Virus record (IMG/VR): IMGVR_UViG_3300004481_000271
Coordinates: 1-64,000 of that record
DNA from: a virus
DNA length: 64,000 bases
Reading direction: 5' to 3' (one strand)
Below are positions 54,221 to 63,545 of the stretch, in pieces (the stretch's first letter is position 1; every line of letters begins with the position of its first letter). The position numbers and the translations under genes are program-made. Under the pieces are notes generated by a model, which was not told the DNA's origin, did no database searches, and saw only the letters and a program-made list of their open reading frames with translations.

Positions 54221-54556
54221 CTACCGCCGGCGGTTCGCCTTCTCCAGAGCCTTCGCCTCCCGCCGGCGTTGTTCCTCGAGGAAGTCGAGGGCGGCCTCGA
54301 GCTCGCCGATCGACATCTCGAGGACGTCCGCCCGGGTGAACGAGTAGCCCGAACCCCCGTGAACGGAGTAGCAGAGGGTCCGCGTCGCAGCCCAGACGTC
54401 CTCGAGCGGGAGCTCGGGGATCAGTCCGAAGAGGGCGACGGGTCTTCCTGGCCGGCCAGCGGCAGCGCGGGTCCGCCCCGTCGAGCTCGTCGAGCTCGAG
54501 CCCGCCGTCTCTCCGACGGCTTCTTCGGGACAAACATGCGCTGCAAGTCCAAAGGG
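54221..54556 (-). CDS. -1 frameshift extension of tail assembly chaperone (gpT-like)
   Basis: Open -1 frame from C CCT TTG (54550-54556) to TAG 54221: ...LPLEDVW...HGGSGYSFTRADVLEMSIGE... Confidence 0.6.
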   Translation of the reverse strand, partial: PFGLAAHVCPEEAVGETAGSSSTSSTGRTRAAAGRPGRPVALFGLIPELPLEDVWAATRTLCYSVHGGSGYSFTRADVLEMSIGELEAALDFLEEQRRREAKALEKANRRR

Positions 54557-55245
54557 AGGTCAATCTCCCACTCGGCCCCGCACGTCGGGCAGTAGACGTC
54601 AAAGGCGGTCTCGATCCCGCCGTCGGCGGAGTCCATCTTCTCGAGGAGGTCCTCGATCTCTCCCATCGACAAGTCGGCGATGAACCGCTCCGTCGCTTCG
54701 CCCTTCGCGACCTCTTCGATCTCGAGGACCCTCGCCTTCATCGCGGCGACGACGAGGTCGTCCCCCTGGCTCTGGATCGCCTCGAGGGCGCGGAGCTGGT
54801 CTCGTCCCTCCATGAGCTTGAAGAAGACCCGCCGACCGTCGGAGAGCTTCGCCTCGAAGCGGTTCCGGCCGGAGGCGATCGCGACCCTTGACGCCTCCGG
54901 GATCGGTCGGACCGGAAGCTCGAGAAGCGGCAGATCCCAGACGAACTTGTTCCCGCATTGGGGACACCGAACGTCGAGCTCCTCGGTCTCCCCGTAGGTT
55001 GCGACCCGGATCATCAGGAGGGCGAAGATCCGGTCGGCGGCGAGGACCCTCGTCCAGTCGACGGCGGTCCTCTCGAAGGTGTAGGGCCCGAGCTCGAGGG
55101 TCTCGAGCCAGCAAGCCCGAAGGATCGCCTCGGCGGCCTTCCCGGACCGCATGGCCCTGGCGTCGCCGAGGACGCCGGCCTTCCCGGCGGCGAGGTGTGA
55201 GACCCGCCCAGCGAGCCCGGACGGGCATTCGACAATGCGCTCCAT
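54421..55245 (-). CDS. Tail assembly chaperone (T4 gp26/gp51-like Zn motifs)
   Basis: DRIFALLMIR..TYG, CPQC and CPTC; between tube and tape measure. Confidence 0.8.
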   Translation of the reverse strand: MERIVECPSGLAGRVSHLAAGKAGVLGDARAMRSGKAAEAILRACWLETLELGPYTFERTAVDWTRVLAADRIFALLMIRVATYGETEELDVRCPQCGNKFVWDLPLLELPVRPIPEASRVAIASGRNRFEAKLSDGRRVFFKLMEGRDQLRALEAIQSQGDDLVVAAMKARVLEIEEVAKGEATERFIADLSMGEIEDLLEKMDSADGGIETAFDVYCPTCGAEWEIDLPLDLQRMFVPKKPSERRRARARRARRGGPALPLAGQEDPSPSSD

Positions 55246-55346
55246 GCTTTCCTTCCCCTGCGAGGGCGACGTCGCCCTCAGCTCCTCGAGAGCCTACCAC
55301 AGGCGGAGGCGAGGAGGGAGCTCGCGGGCGAGCTCGAGGCGGGGAC

Positions 55347-55811
55347 CTACTGGATCAGCTCGGGGTAATCGTAGGCGAGGACGACTGTCTCGATGACGTT
55401 CTCGTCCGCCTCGTTATCCCAGGACCCGCCGACGAGCCGCTTCGGCCAAGCGTTGTGCAGGCGCCAGCGGCGGAGGATCGAGCCGTCCCGATCGTACTGG
55501 ACGACGTCGACCATGCGCTTGTACTCGGCATCGACGAGCCCCGCGTTCGCGGAGAGGTCCGCGACCTCGAGAAGCCAGTCGTAGAGGTCCCGGTCCTGGG
55601 TCGCGCCTCGCTCGAGCGTGATGTCCTCGACGGTCGCACGCCCCGGGGACTTGTCGGCGATGAGCGTCCCGCCCTCGAAGTGCTCGACCGTCGCGAACTC
55701 GATCGCGATGTCGGAGCAAGTCCGGAAGGCGGCCGAGCCGAGACCGTCGATCTGGACCTGAAACTTGAACCGCTTGTGAAAGCTCCGCGGCGTTCCGATG
55801 ATTCCGGCCAT
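55347..55811 (-). CDS. Tail tube protein (T4 gp19-like)
   Basis: [27 protein letters not shown]. Confidence 0.95.
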   Translation of the reverse strand: MAGIIGTPRSFHKRFKFQVQIDGLGSAAFRTCSDIAIEFATVEHFEGGTLIADKSPGRATVEDITLERGATQDRDLYDWLLEVADLSANAGLVDAEYKRMVDVVQYDRDGSILRRWRLHNAWPKRLVGGSWDNEADENVIETVVLAYDYPELIQ

Positions 55812-55834
55812 GGTGTCCTCTCCTCCCCGCTACG

Positions 55835-58099
55835 CTATGCGGTCGCGGCCGCGATCTCCTCCTCGAGCTCCCGGGTGTCCTGGGAGAAGCGGAGGATGAT
55901 GTACTCGGCCGGCTTCTGGGTCGCGAGCCCGATCCTCGCGACGAGCTTCCCGGCGAAGACGACCGAGGGCGGGTTGAGCCCCTCCCCGACGTCGACGAAG
56001 AAGCTCGTCTGGGGCGACGTCCCGCGGAAGGCGCGGTTCCGATACTGGATCAGAAGGAAGGCGACGAGGGTCCGCTCGACCCGGGCTCGGAGCTCCGGGT
56101 CGTTGTTCGCGTGGCGTGCGAACTGGATCCCGAGCTTCGCGGACTGCTCGATGTAGATCACGCCTCGACGCTCGGCGACGCTCGGGAAGTTGCCGTTCGA
56201 CTTGAGCGTCCGGGAGCCGTCGATGTGGATCGGGAGACCGGGGCCCGTCGTGATCGGGTTGATCCGCTTCGGGTAGATGAGATCGCGGGTCGGCTCTTGC
56301 TTGACGTCGTCGGTCTCGAAGCCGACGACCCCGCGGAGGATGCCCCGCTCGACCCCGGCCGGTTGGTCGTAGACCCCGCCCTCGCGAGCTCCGTCCGTCC
56401 GGGCGTAGGTCCCGGCGATGTGCCCCGAGGGCGGCACGACGATCGTGTCCTCGTTCCCGAAGACGGTCTTGTTCGGGTTCAGGACCTTGACCTGGGGCCA
56501 GTAGATTGCCCCGAACTCGGAGAGCTCGAGGAGGGAGGCGGTCGTCTCGACGTAGGTCACGATCCCGGTCTTGGATTGCCCGGCCGGCGGGTCGAGAACC
56601 GCGAAGACCGACCCGTCCCGGGTGTCCTCGCAGTAGGAGATCATCCCGTTGTGGACCGCGTTCGTCGGCCGGTCCGGGATCGCGAGGAGGGCGAGGTCGA
56701 GGGACTGGTCGAGGACGCGGAGCCCCGTCGGACCCGCCGAGCTCCCGAGGAAGTCGTTGTCGTCGAGGGACGTCAGCCCGTCATCCCCGCCGGCGAGCGG
56801 CCCGTGAGTCGTCGGGGAGTAGGTCGGGGCGAGGTGCCCGCCGGCCGGCCGGCGTTGCTCGGCCGTCCCCGCGGCGAGGAGGTCCTCGGCGGTGACGAAG
56901 TGCGACCCGGTGTCCTCGTCGTTCAGGATCGTCTCGACGTAGCGATCCCCCGCGTCGTCCATCGTGAGGTTCGGGAAGGTCTCGACGACGATCCCACCGT
57001 CGAGGACGGCGAGGTTGAACTCGGACGCCTCGAGGGAGGTCGCCCTCGAGATCTTGATCGTGAGGTCGTGGGCGAAGGTCCCGTCGTACTTCCCCCAGAT
57101 CTTGAGGGTGTTGACGGCGGCCCCGCTCGTCCCGGAGTGCGTCGCGTTGTCGAGCCCGAGCTCGTCGTCCGCGGTCGAGGTCGCATCGACCTGGACCGAG
57201 TAGGCGGCGCCCGCGGTGTTCCGGGTGATCCGGACTCGGCCGGAGTCGTCCGAGACGGTGACGCCGGCGACGGCGGCCTCGACGATCGTCTTGACCTCGG
57301 CGACGGTGACGCCTTCGATGTCGGCGACGTTGCCTCCGCCGGTGTCGGAGAGTCCGGTGAAGCCGAGGGCGGCGAGGGCGGTCCCGCCGAAGGTCGCGAG
57401 CTCGGAGTCCGTCCCGCGAAGGTCGGAGGTGATCTTGACCGCTCCGGCCGAGACCTCGGCGAAGATCCCGGCGGCCTCCGCGTTGATCACCGCGGCGACC
57501 TCGAGGGCGGTCGCGGCACCGATCGCGACGAACTCGGCGGTGTTGAAGGTCACCGTCCGCGCCAACCCCTCGACCTCGAAGGTCAGCGTCCATCCGTCGG
57601 TGAGAGCGAAGGGTTGAGTCGCCCCTCCCGTCACCGTCGCGGCGTCGGCGTTGAAGGTCGCGGCGGTCGGCCCGCCGAGGTCCGTCGTGATCTGAAGGGT
57701 GTCCCCCGGCTCGAGGTCGAAGGGTTCGACGATCGACCCCAGGACGGACCCCTGGGTCGGAGCTCCGGCCGGCGTCTGGATCGTGTAGGACGCGGCGACG
57801 GACGTCTTCGTCGCCGGCGTGTTGATGTCGGTGTAGTGGACGGTCCGGACGAAGTCGAGGACCTGTCCCCCGTTCTGGAAGAAGCCCTGGACGGCGTGGT
57901 AGGCGTCGCCGTCGGCGATCGCGCCCCCGTAGGCGTCGACCCACTCGTCGAAGCTCGTCGTCCGCGTGAGCTCCCCGACGGGGCCCTTCTCGGTGATCCC
58001 GATCATCCCGAGGATGTTGGTCGGGACGCCGAGGATCTGGCGGACGCGAGGCTCCTCCTCCGTGATGACGACCTTGCTCGCGAGAAGCTCTTTCGACAT
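55835..58099 (-). CDS. Tail sheath protein
   Basis: GITEKGP, FFQNGG, PPSGHIAG.YARTD, INPI, KPAEYI. Confidence 0.96.
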   Translation of the reverse strand: MSKELLASKVVITEEEPRVRQILGVPTNILGMIGITEKGPVGELTRTTSFDEWVDAYGGAIADGDAYHAVQGFFQNGGQVLDFVRTVHYTDINTPATKTSVAASYTIQTPAGAPTQGSVLGSIVEPFDLEPGDTLQITTDLGGPTAATFNADAATVTGGATQPFALTDGWTLTFEVEGLARTVTFNTAEFVAIGAATALEVAAVINAEAAGIFAEVSAGAVKITSDLRGTDSELATFGGTALAALGFTGLSDTGGGNVADIEGVTVAEVKTIVEAAVAGVTVSDDSGRVRITRNTAGAAYSVQVDATSTADDELGLDNATHSGTSGAAVNTLKIWGKYDGTFAHDLTIKISRATSLEASEFNLAVLDGGIVVETFPNLTMDDAGDRYVETILNDEDTGSHFVTAEDLLAAGTAEQRRPAGGHLAPTYSPTTHGPLAGGDDGLTSLDDNDFLGSSAGPTGLRVLDQSLDLALLAIPDRPTNAVHNGMISYCEDTRDGSVFAVLDPPAGQSKTGIVTYVETTASLLELSEFGAIYWPQVKVLNPNKTVFGNEDTIVVPPSGHIAGTYARTDGAREGGVYDQPAGVERGILRGVVGFETDDVKQEPTRDLIYPKRINPITTGPGLPIHIDGSRTLKSNGNFPSVAERRGVIYIEQSAKLGIQFARHANNDPELRARVERTLVAFLLIQYRNRAFRGTSPQTSFFVDVGEGLNPPSVVFAGKLVARIGLATQKPAEYIILRFSQDTRELEEEIAAATA

Positions 58100-58114
58100 T
58101 GGTCAGCCCTCCTC

Positions 58115-58543
58115 TTACTCGCCCCGCTTCGCCTTCGCGACGGCGGCGGCCTTGCCGTTCTTCTCCGTCGAGGCAGGCGCCTCCGACGGCATGGTTTCCG
58201 ACGGCGGCGTGGCCTTCGACGGCGCGGCCCTCGGTGTCTGGCTCCTCGGCTTCGGGTCGGGGACGACCTCGAGCCGGATGTCGCCGGCGGCGCGGAGCCG
58301 TTTCACGTCGGGGACCCCGACGATCGCGTCGGGAAGCCCCTCGAGCCTCTGCCCGGCGAGGAGGGTCAAAGTCCCCGGTGTCCCCTTCCGTTGCTCGAGG
58401 ACGCCCCGGACACCGGTCTTCGGGTTGAGGTCCGAGGTCCGGATGACCCGTCGGCGGAAGCCGTAGCGTCCGGAGTAGAACGCGGGATGATCGAGGGAGA
58501 TGATCTTCCGCCGCTTCGAGACGTTGATGATCGTCGTCGACAT
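58115..58543 (-). CDS. Hypothetical basic protein
   Basis: AGGAG RBS; lies just upstream of sheath. Confidence 0.7.
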   Translation of the reverse strand: MSTTIINVSKRRKIISLDHPAFYSGRYGFRRRVIRTSDLNPKTGVRGVLEQRKGTPGTLTLLAGQRLEGLPDAIVGVPDVKRLRAAGDIRLEVVPDPKPRSQTPRAAPSKATPPSETMPSEAPASTEKNGKAAAVAKAKRGE

Positions 58544-59797
58544 TTAGCAGTCTCCTCCTGGGCTCGGACCGACGTCGTAGGTCTCGCCCGTTTGGGTCGT
58601 GGTCAGCTCCGTTTCCTCGACCGGTATCACGACGCGGGTCCCGAGCTCGCCGTCGAAGCCGGCGAGGTCCTCGAGGTCGAAGCCCCGCACGACAACGGTT
58701 CCCGAGAAGGATCGCAGGTTGGAGACGTTCGCGCCAGTGGTGATCTCGAAGTCGCCTCCGTCGGCGAAGTCGAGCTCGTATCGGACGCGCCCCTGGCTCG
58801 GGTCGGACGTGTCGCGGTCGAGATAGACGTAGGGGTTCCGGTCGATGACCTGGGTCGCGAGGGCGAGGAGGTTCACGAGCTCGATCTGGGAGTCGGAAAC
58901 CCCGGTCACGGTGAAGGTGAGGTCGACGGTGTAGGGCGCCCGGCGGAGGATGACCTCCCCGTTCGGGAGCTCGAGCTCGACGCTCCCGTTGACCGAGAAG
59001 AAGCGGTTCTCCTCGAGGTCCGGTCCGTCGAGCCCGATCCCTGGGAGCTCGGCGATCTCGACGATCGAGTAGGCGTCCCCGGTTTCCGCGTCGTATTCGG
59101 TGTGGGTCGTTGTCGAGACGTTCGGGATGACCTGTTTCCGGAAGAGCCGAACGAGCTCGCGGACGAGTCGCGTCAAGTGCGCTTCGTCGGCGAGCTGGAC
59201 CCTCGAGAAGCGATAGGCGTCCTCGAGGACGACCGACTCGCCAGGGATCGGGACGCCGGCGTCGTCGAGGTTCCGGATCGTGACCGAGACCTTCCCTTCC
59301 CCGTAGGCGCGGGAGTAGACGCGGACGTCCGCGACGGGCCCCTCGGCGACGAGAGCTCCCGAGCTCGTGAGGGAGAGGGTCGAAGCGGTGAGGGAGGCGA
59401 CCTCCCGCGCCCCGTCATTCGACCCCGAGCCCTCGACGGTGACCTTCTGCCCGGCGCGGAAGCCGTCGGCCCGCCAGTCGCCCGAGCTCCTCGCGATCGT
59501 GTCCGGCGCCCCGGGAACGAAGGTCAAGACCGCGCCCTGGGCGAGGCGGACGAGCCCGCCGGAGATCGGCGAGACCGGGGTCCTCGCGACGATCCGGTTC
59601 GTCCGGACGACCTGGACGTCGACGGCCGGCTCGTCGTCGAAGAGAACCTCGACGCTCGGCGGCGCCGGCGGCGTGACCCCGCTCGGGTTCAGGATGAGGG
59701 TCGGAAGGCGGAAGCCGTCCCCGTAGATCTGGACCATGGCCCGGCCGGACGTCGGCCCGCGAGTCGGGACGATGTTGACGACGCTCGGGGCGACCAT
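58544..59797 (-). CDS. IPT/TIG-domain tail completion/terminator-like protein
   Basis: PSVVNIVP.RGPTSG...I.GDGF; position upstream of sheath. Confidence 0.7.
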   Translation of the reverse strand: MVAPSVVNIVPTRGPTSGRAMVQIYGDGFRLPTLILNPSGVTPPAPPSVEVLFDDEPAVDVQVVRTNRIVARTPVSPISGGLVRLAQGAVLTFVPGAPDTIARSSGDWRADGFRAGQKVTVEGSGSNDGAREVASLTASTLSLTSSGALVAEGPVADVRVYSRAYGEGKVSVTIRNLDDAGVPIPGESVVLEDAYRFSRVQLADEAHLTRLVRELVRLFRKQVIPNVSTTTHTEYDAETGDAYSIVEIAELPGIGLDGPDLEENRFFSVNGSVELELPNGEVILRRAPYTVDLTFTVTGVSDSQIELVNLLALATQVIDRNPYVYLDRDTSDPSQGRVRYELDFADGGDFEITTGANVSNLRSFSGTVVVRGFDLEDLAGFDGELGTRVVIPVEETELTTTQTGETYDVGPSPGGDC

Positions 59798-59836
59798 GGC
59801 CGGAGTCTACCAGAGACCGCCCCCAGGACTCCAGCG

Positions 59837-60526
59837 TCAAAGGCGGCCGAAGTCCCCGCCGAGGAGGTTCGTCGTCGTCCGGAGAATACGGTCCGGAGCC
59901 CCCTTCTTCCGCCGGTCGAAGACCGGCCGAAGGAAGGGGCGGGGTTTGATCCGGATGATCAAGACCGCGCCCGGCCGAAAGCTCGGGATCGCCCGTCCGG
60001 AGGATCTCGTTCCGCCCTCCGGCTTCGCCCCAGGCGCCCGCCGACGGGAGGCAACCCCGGCCATCCGTCGCAGCATGGCGAAGAAGTAGCCGACCATCTT
60101 CGAGGTGATCCGGATGACGATGATCTTCCCCCGCTCGTGAACGGCGGCAATGTTCGCGAGTCCGGTCTTCCCCGTGCGCCCGGAAGCTCCCCCGCCTCGC
60201 CCTCGAGCCGTCCGGTGAACCCCGCCGAAGTATTCCATCTGGCGGACCCGCTTGACGCGGACCCCGCCGACGAGGTCTCCATGGTCGATCAACGGCTTGT
60301 TGCTCTTCTTCCGGTAGACCGTAAGAGGACGGAGAGCGGCGAGCTTCTTCCCGCCCGGCGAGCCCTGGCGGATTCCCGTCTTCACGTCCCGGACGAACTC
60401 CTCGGCCTCGCGGCGGACGGCTTGGTCGAGAGCTCGGCGAAAAACCGTCCCTCCCCGATGCCGTCGCAGGATCGCTCGGACCCGCTCCCAGTCGCCCGTC
60501 AAGGTGACGCGGACGGAGACGGTCAT
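59837..60526 (-). CDS. Neck / virion morphogenesis protein
   Basis: KPLIDHGDL, AAVHE.G, I.PRPFLRP. Confidence 0.8.
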   Translation of the reverse strand: MTVSVRVTLTGDWERVRAILRRHRGGTVFRRALDQAVRREAEEFVRDVKTGIRQGSPGGKKLAALRPLTVYRKKSNKPLIDHGDLVGGVRVKRVRQMEYFGGVHRTARGRGGGASGRTGKTGLANIAAVHERGKIIVIRITSKMVGYFFAMLRRMAGVASRRRAPGAKPEGGTRSSGRAIPSFRPGAVLIIRIKPRPFLRPVFDRRKKGAPDRILRTTTNLLGGDFGRL

Positions 60527-61047
60527 CGAACCGAGAGCTCCCGGGTCTCGAAGGTCATCAGGAAGAGGGACCGCTCCCCGCCGAGACCGAGCGATCTCGG
60601 TTGCGCTTGCGTGCAGTAGAGCCCCGGCTTCGCGGGGATCGTCCAGACGAGAGCCCCGTCCGGCTTGTAAACCGCGGCGAGCCGGTCGTTCACCCGAAGG
60701 GCGGGGACGAGGTTCGCGTCGAGGAGCCCCTCGGCCTCGAGCTGGGCGTAGTGAAGGACGAGCCGGACGAGAGCTCGCGGCGAGCGGCCAGTCGCGAACA
60801 TCTCGAGGGAGTCGAAGGTGTCGTCCTCGAATTGGGCGAGGAGCCGGACGGTCGACTCGACCCGGCGGACCTCCCCCCGCTCCGAGCTCGTCGCGTCGAC
60901 CGGCGGCACGACGACCGGCTCCCGAAAGTCGTCGTCGTAGCCAGCGACGAGAGGGCCCGCCCCGTCCGGGTCTTCCGCAGTTGCGGCGGTGTCGAGCCTC
61001 GCGATGTCGACTTGCATCGGGAAGATCAGAGGGACGAGGTAGGTCAT
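60523..61047 (-). CDS. Head-closure/head-tail protein (putative)
   Basis: Position between connector and neck genes; GYDDDFREP. Confidence 0.65.
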   Translation of the reverse strand: MTYLVPLIFPMQVDIARLDTAATAEDPDGAGPLVAGYDDDFREPVVVPPVDATSSERGEVRRVESTVRLLAQFEDDTFDSLEMFATGRSPRALVRLVLHYAQLEAEGLLDANLVPALRVNDRLAAVYKPDGALVWTIPAKPGLYCTQAQPRSLGLGGERSLFLMTFETRELSVR

Positions 61048-61092
61048 AGGGTGAGCCTACCATGCGAGGAGCTCGACGTCCGCGGCGAAGGG

Positions 61093-61129
61093 CCCCAGGA
61101 CGCCCCAGGACGTCCGGAAGCCCCGGAGG
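61093..61129. repeat. Intergenic 27-nt repeat copy B
   Basis: CCCCAGGACGTCCGGAAGCCCCGGAGG (61103-61129), 26/27 identical to copy A; extra CCCCAGGACG at 61093. Confidence 0.75.
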
Positions 61130-61181
61130 TTCTCGGGTAGCCGAGGCGGAGCTCCTCGAGCTCCTCGAGCCCTCGAGGGTC

Positions 61182-62168
61182 TCAGACGGCGCGGAGCATC
61201 GGAGCTCGCCGGTAGCGGAGGAGGATCTGGTCGATCTCGGGGTCGCCGGTGTAGAGCCCGACCCCGGCCCGGCCGAGGGAGGCGGCCGAGGGCGCGGCGA
61301 ACTTGATCGTCTGGTCGCGGGTCTTGAGCTCGGAGACCCGCCAAGCGGAGGAGCTCGGAACGGTCGGCGACGAAGCCCCCCTCGGCGCGAGCTCGCGAAG
61401 GGCGAGGAGGACGCAAGCCCGCCGGATGAGGTCCGGGGTTTTCCCGCTCGCCGTCCCGTCCGGGTCGGTGTAGCCGAAGGTCCCGGTGATCGCGACGTTC
61501 CGCTGGCCCGGCGGCCAGACCTTGATCCCGAGGGCGAAGAGGTAGAGGTTGTCGAGCGGCTCGAGGAGCTCGATCCTCGGGTTGTCCCGGTCGTCCGGTC
61601 GGAGGAGCCCCTCGGAGAGGTGCCGGTTGTAGACGATGAGGTCGGCAGTCGCGACGACAACGTCGTCGACCGAAACCTCGGTCACTTCGACGATCGGGAT
61701 GTCCAGGTGGATCGACCGCTTCCCGGTCCCGTCGACGGTGAAGGTCATCGCCCGAGGCTCGAACCATCGCCCCGTGAACATCTCGATCTTCTGGCTCGCA
61801 AGGGCGATCGCGTTGGAAACCCGGGTGTCATCGTAGGGCGGATCGGTGACCCCCTCGTCGCGGACGTCTTGGATCGTGGCGTACCGTCCGAGGACCCCCT
61901 CCCCGCGGATCGGCTCCGACGCGGTCCCCTCGGCGGCGGTGATGGAGTTGTAGAAGGCGAACCGATACCAGTAGGCGGGATCGCCGGCGGCGTCGATGAA
62001 CTCGTAGAGCGTCGTCCCGGCGACGAGAGGGACCCTCGTCCCCGGCCCGGTGATCTCGGAGTAGTGCCCCGCCTCGACGGTCGTCGACCGATAGACCTTG
62101 ATCTCGTCGAATTGCGTCAAGACGTTGGAGAGCTCGTTGACGATGACCCGGAGCTTGATGGACGCCAT
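61182..62168 (-). CDS. Head-tail adaptor (gp6/gp15-like) with N-terminal extra domain
   Basis: YATIQDVRDEG...AI.LAS..IE.FTGR.F; TGDPEIDQIL.RY. Confidence 0.78.
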   Translation of the reverse strand: MASIKLRVIVNELSNVLTQFDEIKVYRSTTVEAGHYSEITGPGTRVPLVAGTTLYEFIDAAGDPAYWYRFAFYNSITAAEGTASEPIRGEGVLGRYATIQDVRDEGVTDPPYDDTRVSNAIALASQKIEMFTGRWFEPRAMTFTVDGTGKRSIHLDIPIVEVTEVSVDDVVVATADLIVYNRHLSEGLLRPDDRDNPRIELLEPLDNLYLFALGIKVWPPGQRNVAITGTFGYTDPDGTASGKTPDLIRRACVLLALRELAPRGASSPTVPSSSAWRVSELKTRDQTIKFAAPSAASLGRAGVGLYTGDPEIDQILLRYRRAPMLRAV

Positions 62169-62170
62169 GG

Positions 62171-62617
62171 TCAGACCTCCTCGGCGGAGAGCGGGACGGG
62201 GACGAGGTCGAGGGCGGCGACCCCCTCCGGCTTCAAGTCGATCGCCCCGAGGGCGAAGGGCGTCGAGGTCCCGGCCTCGGGGATAGCGTCCTCGGCGAGC
62301 GGCGCCAGGTCAAGGGCAGCGGCGGCGATCGGGACGAGGTCGAGGGCCTGGTAGGCTCTGGGAGGCTCGGGGAAGGGCGCCGGCGTCGGCCCCCTCTCCT
62401 GGTAGTAGGCGTGGACCGTGTCGCCTGGGAAGGGCGCCTCGCGCAAGCGGAAGGCGTTCCCGCCGAGCTCGACGGGCCCCTCGTCGCCGTCCCGCTGGAC
62501 GAGGACCCCGTTGAAGTAGACCCAGAGGGTTCCAGGCCAGTAGGCGGACGGAGTCGTGAAGTCGACGTTGACCCCGTCGATCGTCCCGCTTGCCTCCGCC
62601 AGGACCGGATCGCTCAT
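62171..62617 (-). CDS. Small beta-rich virion protein (paralog of next gene)
   Basis: GTIDGVNVDF...Y.PGTL.V..NGVL...EAPFPGDT. Confidence 0.7.
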   Translation of the reverse strand: MSDPVLAEASGTIDGVNVDFTTPSAYWPGTLWVYFNGVLVQRDGDEGPVELGGNAFRLREAPFPGDTVHAYYQERGPTPAPFPEPPRAYQALDLVPIAAAALDLAPLAEDAIPEAGTSTPFALGAIDLKPEGVAALDLVPVPLSAEEV

Positions 62618-62844
62618 GCCTCGAGATACCTCACCGTCAGGGTATCACCTGGGAAGGGCGCCTCGCGAGCCTCGATCGTCGTCCCGCCGAGCTCGTCGAA
62701 GCCGTCGTCGTCGAGGGAGCGCACGAGAACCCCGTTGACCCAGAGGCGAACGGTCCCGGTCTGGTAGGGGAGGGAGACGTCGAAGACCCGGTTCGCCCCG
62801 TCGATCGCCCCGGCCGGCGCCTCGAGGTGCTCGTCGCCGGTCAC
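62614..62844 (-). CDS. Small beta-rich virion protein
   Basis: GAIDGANRVF...YQTGTV...VNGVL...EAPFPGDT; GTGA/ATGA coupling. Confidence 0.7.
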   Translation of the reverse strand: MTGDEHLEAPAGAIDGANRVFDVSLPYQTGTVRLWVNGVLVRSLDDDGFDELGGTTIEAREAPFPGDTLTVRYLEA

Positions 62845-63497
62845 GGTGGAGATCCGGCGTCCCCGCGTTCGCGAGCTCGGGAGAGGATGTCCCGCAGTTG
62901 GCGACGTTCGGACGGTAGGAGTTGGAGGTCCTCGAGGGCGCGGTCGACCATGGCAACGTCCGGCTCGTCCTCGCGGACCTTCGCCGAGACCTTCGTCGGG
63001 ATTTGCCGGACCTCCCGGATGAAGGTCTCCCGGTCCTGCGCTCGAGCCTTCTCGAGGGAGGAGAGCTCCGCCTCGTGACGGGCGACATCGCGGTCGAGGA
63101 CCTCGACGAGCGTCGCGGTCTCCGCCGCCCCAGCCCGCACGAGGAGGGCGAAGCCGACGGCGGACGAGAGAACGACCCCGCCGACCCCGATCGTCCACCA
63201 TACCAAGCGAGAGACCCCCGAGACCTTCGGGCGGAGGTCGGCGATCGCTTCGTCTTGCCGGCCCTGGCGTTCCTTCTCGTCGCAAGGGTGCCCGTGCTCG
63301 CCGATGTCGGCAACGTGCGCGTCGATCTTCTGGAGAGCCTCCCTGGCCTTGTCCCGAGCCTCCCGGGTGTCGCGGGCGACCGGTGGAAGGAGGTCCTCCT
63401 TGATCGTCTTGACGTTCTGGTCGACGCGGGCAACCGCGGACGTCAGGGCGTGGAGCGCGGAGGTCGGGACCGGGGTGTGTCTTGGGTCAGCGGGCAT
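62841..63497 (-). CDS. Single-TM coiled-coil membrane protein
   Basis: Coiled coil, LVWWTIGVGGVVLSSAVGFALLV; GGAGG RBS. Confidence 0.7.
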   Translation of the reverse strand: MPADPRHTPVPTSALHALTSAVARVDQNVKTIKEDLLPPVARDTREARDKAREALQKIDAHVADIGEHGHPCDEKERQGRQDEAIADLRPKVSGVSRLVWWTIGVGGVVLSSAVGFALLVRAGAAETATLVEVLDRDVARHEAELSSLEKARAQDRETFIREVRQIPTKVSAKVREDEPDVAMVDRALEDLQLLPSERRQLRDILSRARERGDAGSPP

Positions 63498-63545
63498 CGG
63501 GAACCCCTCCTTTCTCCCTCCCAGAGCGTTCGGTCGCACCGTTCA

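Noticed and set aside
55262-55335. Palindromes GAGGGCGACGTCGCCCTC and GAGCTCGC-GG-GCGAGCTC as intrinsic terminators
   Set aside because: No U-tract; such palindromes are common at this composition
44195-58099. Stand-alone extracellular contractile injection system or tailocin
   Set aside because: Linked head-tail connectors, lysis and full replication modules indicate a phage
56111-60619. 1502-aa plus-strand ORF, and similar long ORFs such as 37084-39558, 275-1897 and 30982-33285
   Set aside because: Antisense shadows of recognisable genes; stop-poor because of GC and codon bias; no motifs
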